The position numbers and the translations under genes were made by a program. A stretch of DNA of 31,151 nt, taken from positions 43,254-74,404 of the forward strand of contig MTSL01000150.1 of the NCBI GenBank assembly GCA_002794465.1. Direction: 5' to 3'. Source of the stretch: Paramicrosporidium saccamoebae KSL3 (Eukaryota > Fungi > Cryptomycota). The notes under the pieces are model-generated. The model did not search any database, had not been told where the DNA came from, and was given only the letters and a program-made list of their open reading frames with translations. Shown here one piece after another: positions 18,595 to 29,185 of this stretch (position 1 is its first letter; each line of letters begins with the position of its first letter).

Positions 18595-19365
18595 ATGCGA
18601 GTGCGACTTGTGCAATCTTTAATTAGCAGGCATCCTTTAACACGGCAGTTTGCATCTATAGTGGGGCCCCTAAAGGTGGATCTGAAGTGTCTCTCTGTCT
18701 TGAGAGAAGAGACTGGCCTGAGTTTGCAATTGTGTCGCCAGGCACTGCAGGCCAGTGGGAATGACCTGGAGGCTGCACGGATACAACTCTCCAAACTGGC
18801 AGGGTCAAAGGCTGACAAAAAACTAGCATCCGGAAGTGCTTTACAGGAAGGTTCAATTGGAATGTACGAGGGGGAGGCGGGTGCCGTTGTATTGGTCAAG
18901 TTGTTATGCACCACTGACTTTGTTGCTCGAGGTGCCCATTTTTCAGACTTGGCCAGTAAAATTATGCAGGCAGTGTATTCCGACAGCGAACGGATTCATG
19001 ATCGAATCACAGATTTAATACGCGAGAAAGTTGGTGTGTTGCAGGAGAATATTGTTTGTAATGATTTTATCCTATGCAAACCTGACTCTGGAAACATCAC
19101 AGGATCGTACTTGCATAACAAGACAATCAATGGCCTGGGAACGATAGGGGCAGTTATTGAAATGGCCGGTATAGAATCTGGAAAGCAGCCATGCCAGTCT
19201 CTAGCCAATAAGGTGGCGCGTCATGTTGCTGGTATGGGGCCCAGCTCTATGGACAATCTTCTCTCTCAGCAGTATCTTTTCGCGCCCGATGGCTCAACAG
19301 TTCATGACTATCTGACATCACAGGCTTGTCGCATCGTAAGATACTATCGAATGTCAATCAAATAG
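18595..19365 (+). CDS. TSFM: Mitochondrial elongation factor Ts
   Basis: Presequence, then LREETGLSLQLCRQAL...NDLEAA, EGSIG, LCTTDFVAR and ARHVAGMGP. Confidence 0.9.
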   Translation: MRVRLVQSLISRHPLTRQFASIVGPLKVDLKCLSVLREETGLSLQLCRQALQASGNDLEAARIQLSKLAGSKADKKLASGSALQEGSIGMYEGEAGAVVLVKLLCTTDFVARGAHFSDLASKIMQAVYSDSERIHDRITDLIREKVGVLQENIVCNDFILCKPDSGNITGSYLHNKTINGLGTIGAVIEMAGIESGKQPCQSLANKVARHVAGMGPSSMDNLLSQQYLFAPDGSTVHDYLTSQACRIVRYYRMSIK

Positions 19366-19403
19366 AGGCAATTTAATAATGAATGCTATGCAGTATTCTG
19401 TAC

Positions 19404-20370
19404 TTATTCATTTTTTTTATATGGTTTCTGTCCCAAGCAAACTCCCATGGTGACTAGTTTTCTTCCCTTCTTTTGAATTAGTTTGATGATCCTGACTTGA
19501 TCTTTTAGAGCAGTCCTTTCATTAGTATCATGCTGGAGGATGATTTCTCCCTTTCCCCGAGAAGCTTTAGGCAGCTCGTCTTGTATATACTTGACCATGT
19601 GATCTGGATCGTTCAATGCATGTGACCAATCTTCTGGATTAATAAACCAATGAACTGGAGTATAGCCTCTGTCTTTCAGTAATCTTAGCACACGAAGGGA
19701 TAGACACCTATGTCTATTAGTACGATTAAAGTGTCGATACCCTTCGGGAGCTCTCATAAATGCAGGCCTGACATTGGCCACTTCATTAAACAAGTCGGAA
19801 GTGCTATCCATTTGCTGCAAAATCTGCTGATCTGTCAGGCTGGTGAGGATTGAGTGGTCAAATGTGTGGGATCCGACATCATGGCCCGATTCGATCATTC
19901 GCCTCAATACACGCCGATTCGCCCGATAATGATAGTTCTTGTTCTTCTTTTCAATATCCAAGTATTCAGCAATGGTTTGCCCTAAGATGAAAAAGGTAAC
20001 TCGGACTTTGAGCTTTTCGAGAGTATCCAACAGTGGCGCCGTGTACTGACTACAAGATGAAGACACCCATCATCGTTTACAAGTGGATTCCGTCATCAAA
20101 CGTTAAAGCAACGTGATTTGGGTTGACACATCGGCTGTGGATTCCGAGGCTATTTTTTTTGGTCATTACAGAGTAATCGATAATGGCATTTTCCGAATCC
20201 GGGCGTGCCTCGGCTTCTGAATCTGAGCCCGATTTCAGGGTAATCTTCCCTTTTGTATTTGAACGTGATTTCGAAACTGATCTTTTAGTCCCCATTCTCC
20301 TCTTTGAAGTAGAGGCAGATCCAACAAGAACAACGCAGGTCAGTATCAGAAGCTGTACTAGCGCCTTCAT
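19404..20370 (-). CDS. Secreted chitin/polysaccharide deacetylase (CE4, NodB domain)
   Basis: Signal peptide; CVNPNHVALTFDDG, TFF, HTFDH, MRAPEG and ILQHD. Introns at 20080-20050 and an in-frame 33-nt one at 19740-19708 (TACTAAT branch). Confidence 0.93.
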
Positions 20371-20540
20371 TGACTATTCGTTTCTTTGATTACATATCAA
20401 TGGACTTTATTTTGAAAATTGTATATAACCTGATCAGCAAATATGAATCAATTGGGCACCATAACGGGATATATTTGTAGTGCGAGGTAAGTTTATAACA
20501 GTAATAATGAATTATCCGTTTATATAGATTTTTAATCGCC

Positions 20541-21928
20541 ATGGTACTTGACTTAAAGGCAACCTTTCCTAGCATGTAGGGAAATACTCTTGGAGGGCCT
20601 CGCAAGCCAGGAAATGACAAGGATAAGCAAGACGACAAGAACAAGCCCAAATGGGAGCCGCCCTTGCCCACCCGTGTGGGCAAGAAGAAGCGCAAGGGGC
20701 CCAGTACACTACAGAAACTCCCTGTAGTATACCCAACCACGCGCTGCCGTCTCAAATTACTCAAGCTTCAGAGAATACAGGATTACCTTCTTTTGGAAGA
20801 GGAATTTGTGCAAAATCAAGAGCAACTTAGACCCCAGGAGGATCGATATCAGGTGGACCGAGCGTAGCGAGTTTTTATTTTTAGGAAGAGAGAAACGTGG
20901 TTGACAGCCTCCGCGGAACCCCAATGGGTGTTGGAAACTTGGAGGAGATTATTGATGATGATCACGCCATAGTATCCACTGCTATGGGGCCTGAATATTA
21001 CGTCAACATCATGTCATTTGTTGACAAGGACGAGCTGGAGCCTGGCTGTTCAGTATTCTTGCACAATAAGGATTACAGTGTTGTTGGGATTCTGGCCGAG
21101 GATTCCGACCCGATGGTCAATGTGATGAAGCTCGAGAAAGCGCCACAGGAAACTTATGCTGATATTGGTGGATTGGAGCAGCAGATTCAAGAAATCAAAG
21201 AGTCGGTTGAGCTTCCCCTTACCCACCCCGAACTTTATGAGGAGATGGGAATCAAGCCCCCGAAGGGTGTGATTTTGTATGGACCGCCTGGAACAGGAAA
21301 AACTTTGCTTGCCAAAGCCGTTGCCAACCAGACTTCGGCAACATTTCTTCGTGTTGTCGGCTCTGAACTGATTCAAAAATATCTCGGAGAGGGTCCAAAG
21401 TTGGTGCGGGAACTATTTAGGGTCGCTCAGGAAAATTCACCATCTATTGTGTTCATTGATGAAATTGATGCAATCGGCACCAAGCGTTACGACGCCAATT
21501 CAGGTGGAGAACGCGAAATCCAACGTACCATGTTGGAGCTGCTGAATCAGCTGGACGGATTTGATGCCCAGGCAGACGTTAAAGTGATTATGGCCACGAA
21601 CCGTATTGAAACGTTGGATCCCGCACTTATTCGCCCTGGTAGAATTGATAGAAAAATCGAGTTTCCATTGCCCGATATCAAGACCAAACGCCGTATTTTT
21701 GGAATTCATACCAGCCGTATGTCGCTCTCCGACGATGTGGACATTGAGGATTTGATCCCGACGAAAAATGACCTCTCCGGAGCGGACGTAAAAGCTATTT
21801 GTACTGAAGCCGGACTGTTGGCGCTTCGCGAAAGACGCATGCGAGTCTCAATGGAAGATTTTCGCCAGGCAAAGGAAAAGGTTCTATATCAAAAAACCGA
21901 AGGTACTCCCGAGGGGCTGTACCTATGA
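20541..21928 (+). CDS. RPT2: 26S proteasome AAA-ATPase subunit Rpt2 (PSMC1)
   Basis: Exon 1 is ATG only; intron 20544-20579; then MGNTLGG...[14 protein letters not shown]; intron 20853-20884; [14 protein letters not shown] and [10 protein letters not shown]; C-terminal EGLYL. Confidence 0.98.
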
Positions 21929-21962
21929 TTACCCAAATTGACAGCTCCATAGCGAATAAAAT

Positions 21963-23171
21963 TCATAAGCCAAACTCTAGCTTATTCGCCGAGGGCGTTC
22001 GTAAACTAGGTCTCTTCCGATACAGTTCCCAAAATTTAAGACTTTCATTTGCTGCGCAAGTGGCTATTGTCGTTCCATCTGGAGCCAACGCCGAGTGTAA
22101 AATCCTAGAATCATGGGCCTGCACGCTATATATTTTTTCAAGAGAGGGGTACGGCCACAAACAGAGGTCATTGCCAGCATAGCCATGGGCGGTGATGATT
22201 TCGGATATTAGCGGTGCCCACATAATCCCACAAATTTGAGAGTCTGTTTGAACGGCGTACATTAGAGTATTGGTGGATGAATTCCAAATGCAGGCTCTCC
22301 GATCGTTAGTTCCGGTGCCGACGGCAAGCAAATGCCGTCGCCACGGACACCACGAGAGGGCCTTTACAGCAGATTGATATTCATCTTGCATAAAAAGGGG
22401 CTTCTCCTTGCGAATGTCCCAAATAAAGACTCGATTGTCGTTTCCACCACTGCATAGCTGCCATGAATCTGGTGCCATCTGCAACCCACTGATTTCGAGT
22501 TCATGCCCAGACAAACAAAACGAATGGGACTTGAGCTTTCGTCTTAGATCATAGCCGTAGATGTCTCCAGTCTTGCTCCCAGTTACCAAAAGATGATCGC
22601 TGAACATTCCGGAATTGTCCTTACAAGCCAAGGCCGCTACTCGCGACTCATTTGGGAGGACTCCGCGAACAAGCTCTTTCTTTGTGGACATGTCAACGAT
22701 TGAAATGCACCCAATGCTGTTTGCGATGGCCATTAGGCGTCCGGCCTTCATGGATTTTAAGGCAGTGATGTAATGAAAGCTGTTGCTGTTTGCAAGACAT
22801 TCGCTCTCTCTCGAATCGTAGTAGTAGCAGTAGACAGAACGATCAAGCGCAATGGAAACAATGTTATTAATGCTCCAGTCGAGAATATTCAAATAAAAGT
22901 CATCTCGTAAATCGGGACAATCCAAAATTCCAACGGGGGATTCATTGATTTCATCCAACCGTTTCTTTCCTGCATCTTTGCTTACTTTGCTCTGTCCATT
23001 GTGTCTCAAGTTTTCTTGCTGCTCGTTGTGGGCAAAAAGGCCTTCATAGCCAAAGCCAAGGGCTTTGGCCGTGCAGCTCCCACGATCATCGCCTTGAGAT
23101 CTGCTCGCGTTGATGACATACCGTAAATTGACTGACGGGGACAAAACGTATCTGTCCTTTCGACTAGTCAT
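21963..23171 (-). CDS. CDC20/Fizzy-family WD40 APC/C activator-like protein (divergent)
   Basis: ILDCPDLRDDFYLNILDWS, GHELEISGL, SGGNDNRVFIWD, AVKALSWCPW, HGYAGNDL and NESLKFW. Confidence 0.9.
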   Translation of the reverse strand: MTSRKDRYVLSPSVNLRYVINASRSQGDDRGSCTAKALGFGYEGLFAHNEQQENLRHNGQSKVSKDAGKKRLDEINESPVGILDCPDLRDDFYLNILDWSINNIVSIALDRSVYCYYYDSRESECLANSNSFHYITALKSMKAGRLMAIANSIGCISIVDMSTKKELVRGVLPNESRVAALACKDNSGMFSDHLLVTGSKTGDIYGYDLRRKLKSHSFCLSGHELEISGLQMAPDSWQLCSGGNDNRVFIWDIRKEKPLFMQDEYQSAVKALSWCPWRRHLLAVGTGTNDRRACIWNSSTNTLMYAVQTDSQICGIMWAPLISEIITAHGYAGNDLCLWPYPSLEKIYSVQAHDSRILHSALAPDGTTIATCAANESLKFWELYRKRPSLRTPSANKLEFGL

Positions 23172-23280
23172 GGAATGCGATTCAAATCAAGGAAACCTTG
23201 AACGATTACAGCGCAAGATTGCGAGCTTGTTGGCCGCTTAGTCCACAAAAAGCAATGATTGGTTGTTTCAGAATTGGCCA

Positions 23281-24181
23281 ATGAGCAAGAATCTTCTCCT
23301 ATTTGGGTAGTCGAGTGCGACAGCGACAGAGATTGCAGTTGTGAGGAGAGCGTAGTCCCATTGCATGAAATGGTCGCTCCTTCTCAACTCGAAAAGGGCA
23401 CTGAAGTTCCTGATGAGTACGAGATGTTGACAATTGCTGTGAAAAAGTCACCGAGTAGAGTTGCAACTGAAACCCTCTTGCCCACTCCCCATCCAGAAGG
23501 AAAATCCAATTTTTCCAATGGCACAGAAAGCTCCACCTTAAGAGAGGATCAGGCCAATCGCTCAAGAGAAGCTAGCACACACGATGGAGTATTCTCAAAC
23601 CTGTCGGCTCGTCCAGAAGTCATGGTACTACCAAAGCTCACATCCGACTCACCTCCGGTAGCTTTATTTGTGTCGCGTCTTAATAATTAGCCATATGATG
23701 CCCATCCAAACTTAAATTTTCGATCATCTCGCAATGGGTTCTTTGCCACAGCGACCGATGAAGATATAGACTACGACGAGGCTATTATTGACGACCTCGA
23801 AGTAGGTGGATATCCAGTTTTTGTTCTATACCTAATTGGTACGAATTATGCCAAGATGCTAAACATTTAGTTTCCGTCTTCTTTGAGTGGATTGGATTTG
23901 TCATGGCTCGCTGGATGGCACAGTCCCATGCAGCTCGACATGGTGCCACTGCGGGGCTCGGAATCACTATCGCACTCCAAAGTGTCAATTTCTCAGATTT
24001 GATCGCACATTCCCACTTCTGGAAGCAACACCAGGATCTGGCATCTGCAGTGGGCTTTTTGATCGCGTTCACCGGATATGTGATTTTCCTTCACGGATTG
24101 TTTTCATACCATCGATTAAGAAGCGATGCCCACGAGCACGCCATCCTCGGGCGAGGCCTAGATGCATCTGGTACCGTATAA
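23281..24181 (+). CDS. BSD2: Bsd2/NDFIP-like Rsp5 (Nedd4) adaptor membrane protein
   Basis: HDGVFSNLSARPE, SPPPY (PPxY, completed by removing intron 23658-23690), IDDLEVG, intron 23839-23870, SHAARHGATAGLG, and TM helices. Start is uncertain: ATG 23281 with intron 23307-23338, or ATG 23370. Confidence 0.87.
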
Positions 24182-24220
24182 TTGACACAAATGAAATACA
24201 GCATTATGTTTCTCTATTAA

Positions 24221-24520
24221 TCACCAGTGAAGTCTTGGATTATCAGGTTTATCTTTGCGCAGTCTTCTTTGTTTTGCCTATTATAATCAGCCAGACCGCA
24301 CATTTACCTTTAGTTTGGCCTTGTATCGTGCAGATTTGCCTTTTTTTCCGCACGGAGCGACGCAGCGAAACCGCAATGGAACCTTATGGCTTTGAAAAAT
24401 GGCACTCTGAAAGAGCGCCCCAGAAGTAGTCTGGCTCAGGAATGGCCTAACGCGAGCCAAACTTTGAAAAAAGTTTAGAGACATCCGGGAGAACAAAAAC
24501 TTGGGACTCAGCCAAGTCAT
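24221..24520 (-). CDS. Small basic protein with a presequence-like N-terminus, family not recognised
   Basis: A 30-nt intron at 24307-24278 joins ...RFRCVAPCGKKGKSARYKAKLK to AKQRRLRKDKPDNPRLHW and TGA at 24221. Start at 24520 or 24484. Confidence 0.7.
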
Positions 24521-24636
24521 TATTAATGACGGCGGCCAGGCCTGGCCACCTTACTGGAGCTCGAGTCTTTGCCTACAGGGCTTGATTTTCTTGAGTAACA
24601 GCCATTTTTAAAGCTGGCAGTACTTCCTCCACAAGT

Positions 24637-25708
24637 TATGGCGACAGAGGCTCCTGGAATTCCTGAATTGGACTCGTGGTTGGAAGTCTTGTCTGACTGC
24701 AAACAACTCCGCGAAGAGGACGTGAGAAAGCTATGTGACAAGGTATGCTTTGACAGTCAAAGGCTAATTTGGCTAGGCTAGAGAAATATTAGTCAAAGAA
24801 TCAAATGTGCAGCCAGTACAGTCTCCCGTGACAGTGTGCGGGGATGTGCACGGCCAATTCCACGACCTTGTGGAATTATTTCGTATTGGAGGGAACTTGC
24901 CGGACACCAATTACCTGTTCATGGGCGACTATGTCGACCGAGGATATTACTCGGTGGAGACCGTTACATATCTCGTCGCTTTGAAGATTAGATATCCGTC
25001 CCGAATCACTATTTTGCGCGGGAATCATGAATCCAGACAGATTACCCAAGTCTACGGATTTTATGACGAATGTCTGCGAAAGTATGGCAATGCCAATGTT
25101 TGGAAGTATTTCACAGACCTCTTTGACTTTTTCCCAATTACCGCTCTCATCGACGGACAAGTATTTGAAGCAACCGGTCTTGACCTGTAGATATTCTGCC
25201 TTCATGGTGGCCTTTCCCCGGGTCTCGACACACTGGACAATGTACGAACCCTCGACCGAGTTCAGGAGATCCCCCATGAAGGACCAATGTGTGATCTTTT
25301 ATGGTCAGACCCAGATGAACGACCAGGCTGGGGGATATCTCCCCGAGGAGCGGGATACACATTTGGACAAGACGTTGCAGAAGAGTTTAATCGGAAGAAC
25401 GGGCTTAATCTCATTGCCCGAGCACATCAACTAGTCATGGAGGTACAATTGGGGATGGCTTTTCTAATCAACAACCGCAGGGATACAGCTGGGCTCATGA
25501 CCAGAACGTTGTGACCATATTCAGTGCGCCAAACTATTGCTATCGCTGTGGTAATCAGGCTGCAATTCTAGAAATTGACGAACACATGGAATACCTATTG
25601 TATGTCAACGTCGCCTTTACATTTATTTTGTTTAGTCAACAGTTTGACCCTGCTCCTCGTAAAGGTGAGCCACAGGTGACCAGGCGCATCCCAGACTACT
25701 TTGTTTGA
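24637..25708 (+). CDS. PPH21: Protein phosphatase 2A catalytic subunit
   Basis: [27 protein letters not shown] and [10 protein letters not shown]. Introns at 24743-24776, 25161-25190, 25443-25480 and 25600-25635. Confidence 0.98.
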
Positions 25709-25753
25709 TATTTCCAACCCAGAAAAAGATTAATTTATAAATATTTAAAGGCT

Positions 25754-28700
25754 ATGAAGTTTGGAAAGCTCTTAGCAGACACTGCGATCGTAGAGTGGAC
25801 CGAGTAATGAATTGAGAGGCCCATTTACATCTAGTGGCTACCTCAACTATAAGGCACTGAAGAAGACTATCAAACAGACTCGTGAGTTGTCCGAAGAGGC
25901 GCGACGAGCAGGTTTACAACAATCACGCATTAACGTATCTGATAGAATTCATATTCCTCCTTGAGAGAGAAATTGACAAGGTTGAGAAATTCTACGCAAA
26001 AAAAGTCGAGGACATTGAGCGCCGTATGCTGTTCATCAAACAGGGACTTATGGCACCTTCATTTAATGAACTGGCTGCTCGCCTCCAGACGGCTTGTTTG
26101 GATGTCTCAACTTCTGACCAGCCAAATAGTGACGGGAACCAGGATGGAATCCTTCCAAGTGTAGATCCAGATTCACTGCTTCTTGAGCACGTAGAAGAGT
26201 GCCGTATTTGGATCATGAAGCTTATGCGCTTTGCCGAAATGAATTTAGAAGGATTCAGGAAAGCTTTGAAAAAATACGATAAGGCGCATGGGAACAATAC
26301 CAATCTTCTAAACTCGTATTTTGATTCCAGAGTACGCACCAACGCCTTTGGACAATACAAGTACGCTCATGAGCGGTTAAACGCCACTCTTAAAGGATTC
26401 ACAGGCGATCTTCTGGAACGATTTGATGGGCAACAGGATGATCTGGTGGTGCACCGTGGGCGATTAGTTTTGAAAGAGGTTCGAAGGATTTGGGATGATA
26501 TTTACAAGCTTGAAGTGAGGACCATTTTGGAACGAGATGATTCTGAAAAATTGATGGAAATATCCGAAAAGTTACACCTGGGCGTAAGATTTGGATCGCC
26601 CAAGCTCCCAGAATCTGTTGTTACCGCTGCCCCTGAGAAGACGCTGTTGCTTCTTGAAAGGGAGCATTTTCTTCTTCTTAAACTGCTCTTGGACGGGATC
26701 TGTACGCATCAGTCATTCACGTGCCTAACGCTACTGCTGAATTCGGGTCTTGATATTCCTCATATCGAGAAACAGATGAATATGTCTCTCGTATACAAGG
26801 TAATTTCGGTTCTCCCTCCTGCGGGCTCTGCCGAGCTTCATCAGAAAGCTAATCGAATGATCGAATTGCTTTTATCCAAGGACGCGACGTTGTTGTGGAC
26901 TGACGCCAGGGGGCGTAACAGTTTCCATTGCTTGGCTATGCGTGGCTTCCATGAAAGCCTTCCGATCCTCTTAAAGGCTAGAAATGAGACAAATTATATA
27001 CAGTTTGACAATGATGGATGCACACCACTCTTTTACGCCATTCAGTCTGGAGATGCCTATGTTGCCGAAGCTTTGATGGATATTTGTGATCAAAGCAGCC
27101 ATCCATATGTGCTCGTCGCACCATCAGTGTCTGGAATAGAATCGGGGGAGCACCGCAGTGTCGAGCCTCTCATTTTGGCTTGTAAATTGGGCCACTTGGA
27201 GCTGGTCAAGATGATGATTGGCAGAAAGATGAATCTTGATGTGACCGACTCGGATGGCGAAGGTGCTCTACATCATTGCGCCAAGCGCAATTATGATGAT
27301 TTGATGGAGGCCCTCCTTGCTAGCGGAGCGAATCCAGAGAGCAGAGAAAAATATAAACAATGGACCCCGCTTTTCTTTGCAGCATCGGGGGGATGCATCA
27401 ACTGTATCGATTTGCTCGTAAAGCACGGCGCCGAACGAAATGTAATAGATTATGAAGGATGGAGTCCTTTTGAGCATGCAATGCTCCGAGGGCACATTTC
27501 ACTAGCATTGTCTATAAAGCCCAGCGCTGCCTCAAATCCGATTCCAGTCTTTCCCGGAGCCGAAACAGTCAACTCTCCGTTGGAATACGGCCACGTCTAT
27601 TTGGGCGAGGAAACTAGATTAAGGCTGCACATTGGGCACCGCAATGGACCTAGATCTCTTAAGCCATCTGTGGAGATTCTTGATCGGCCTGTGATGGGTC
27701 CCCTAGGTCTCCAACTCAGGATTTACTCAAGCAATCCTGCTTTGGGGGGAGAGGTTATGCTGGACTTGCCCATCCGAGAGGATTCTGATGCAACGTCATT
27801 CGTACTGTCGTGCGGAGCACACACATACTTTTCTCCATGGGATGAACTCAGATTTGATCTTATTGAAGGCTCCGATACTTCGGTTGAAGTGGTTGGAAGG
27901 GGATCTATGATTCTCCGTCTTTTCGTGAAAGAGGATGGCCGACCAGAATCAAATGGGTCGAAACAATATGTTGTCCCTGTTGTTGATAAGATTCGTTCCG
28001 AGTTGATGGCGCTTGTCAGTGTCGAAGTTCTCATTGCTTGTCCGTTCAGCTATCCCCAAAGATCCGGACTACAACAGAGCAAGATTTATTGGAAGTCACT
28101 TGCTTCTAAAGTAATCGGTCATCGTGGTCTTGGCGCAAATACAGGAGTGTCGCATCCGCAAATTGGCGAAAACACTGTGCTCTCTTTTGTCATGGCTGCT
28201 TCGCTAGGAGCGGAATATGTGGAATTTGGTAAAGTATCTTATGGTCTCTGAATCTTTAGACGTTCAATTAACAAAGGATAAAATTCCAGTCCTCTATCAC
28301 GACTTTATTGTTTCGGAAACTGGGCTCGATGTACCTGTAGGCAGTCTTTCACTTCAACAATTTCTCGACTTGAAGAAGAGAGCTCATTACGGGGCTAGAA
28401 TGCCTTTTGGGACTGATTTGAGATATTCTTCAGTAGATGATTCAGCAGCACATTCGAGGTCAAATCGCTCGGCTAGTCTTTCAGGTTTAGACATAGCCGA
28501 CAGAACTCTCCTGAGTAAGCGAATCATCGAAACCCCATTCTCTACCTTAAAAGAAGCCTTTAAAAAGGTTCCCGCGGGCACCGGTTTCAACATTGAAATC
28601 AAATATCCTACTCCGGACGAATTTGTAGATTCTGGCCTGCAGTTTATCTTCGAGATCAATGAGTATTGCGATGAAATCTTAAAAGTCGTTTTTGAAGAGT

Positions 28701-29083
28701 CCTTGGAGCGACCTGTAATTTTTTCAAGCTTTCATCCTGATATCTGCTTGCTAATGTCCTTGAAGCAACCCAATTATCCCGTCTTCTTTTTGACCGAATC
28801 GGGAATGAGCCAGCTTCCCTCAGAGCCTCGTGCAAATTCCCTACAACAAGCCTTACGATTTGCTGCAAGTGCCCATCTTCTGGGCATTGTGTCACATTCC
28901 ACCCCTCTGGTAGAAGCTCCGAAATTAATTCAACTTGTCAAGCAAAATGGACTTTTACTATTCACCTACGGACCTAAAAATAATGATGTCGACGCAGTTC
29001 GTTTGCAAACAGCGTTTGGAGTGGATGCAGTCATTGTAGATTCTGTGGCGCGAATTCGGAAGGGTCTTTCGCAGCCAACATAA
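25754..29083 (+). CDS. GDE1: Glycerophosphocholine phosphodiesterase (SPX-ankyrin-GDPD)
   Basis: MKFGK...W..GYLNYKALKK SPX start; NLEGFRKALKKYDK; ankyrin repeats; VIGHRGLG, ENT, EFDVQLTKD, GFNIEIKYP and FSSF. Introns at 25804-25834, 25912-25945 and 28229-28259. Confidence 0.96.
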
Positions 29084-29184
29084 CTACCTCTAGGATTCGG
29101 AAAGGCCTTTCACAACCAATCCAACTACCTTTATGATTCTGTGGCGAGGATCCAGAAGGTTCATTCACAACCAACATAAATACC
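29039..29184 (+). repeat. Imperfect tandem triplication of the last about 50 bp of GDE1, including the stop-codon region
   Basis: Copy 1 is 29039-29089, partial copy 2 is about 29092-29130, and copy 3 is 29135-29184 (gattctgtggcg...ccaacataa). Confidence 0.9.
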
Positions 29185-29185
29185 C

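Noticed and set aside
23170-23241. Plus-strand ATG overlapping the CDC20-like start codon (CATG) as the BSD2 start
   Set aside because: It stops after 23 codons, and the only short-intron option (from 23241) creates TAA, so it cannot join the BSD2 frame.
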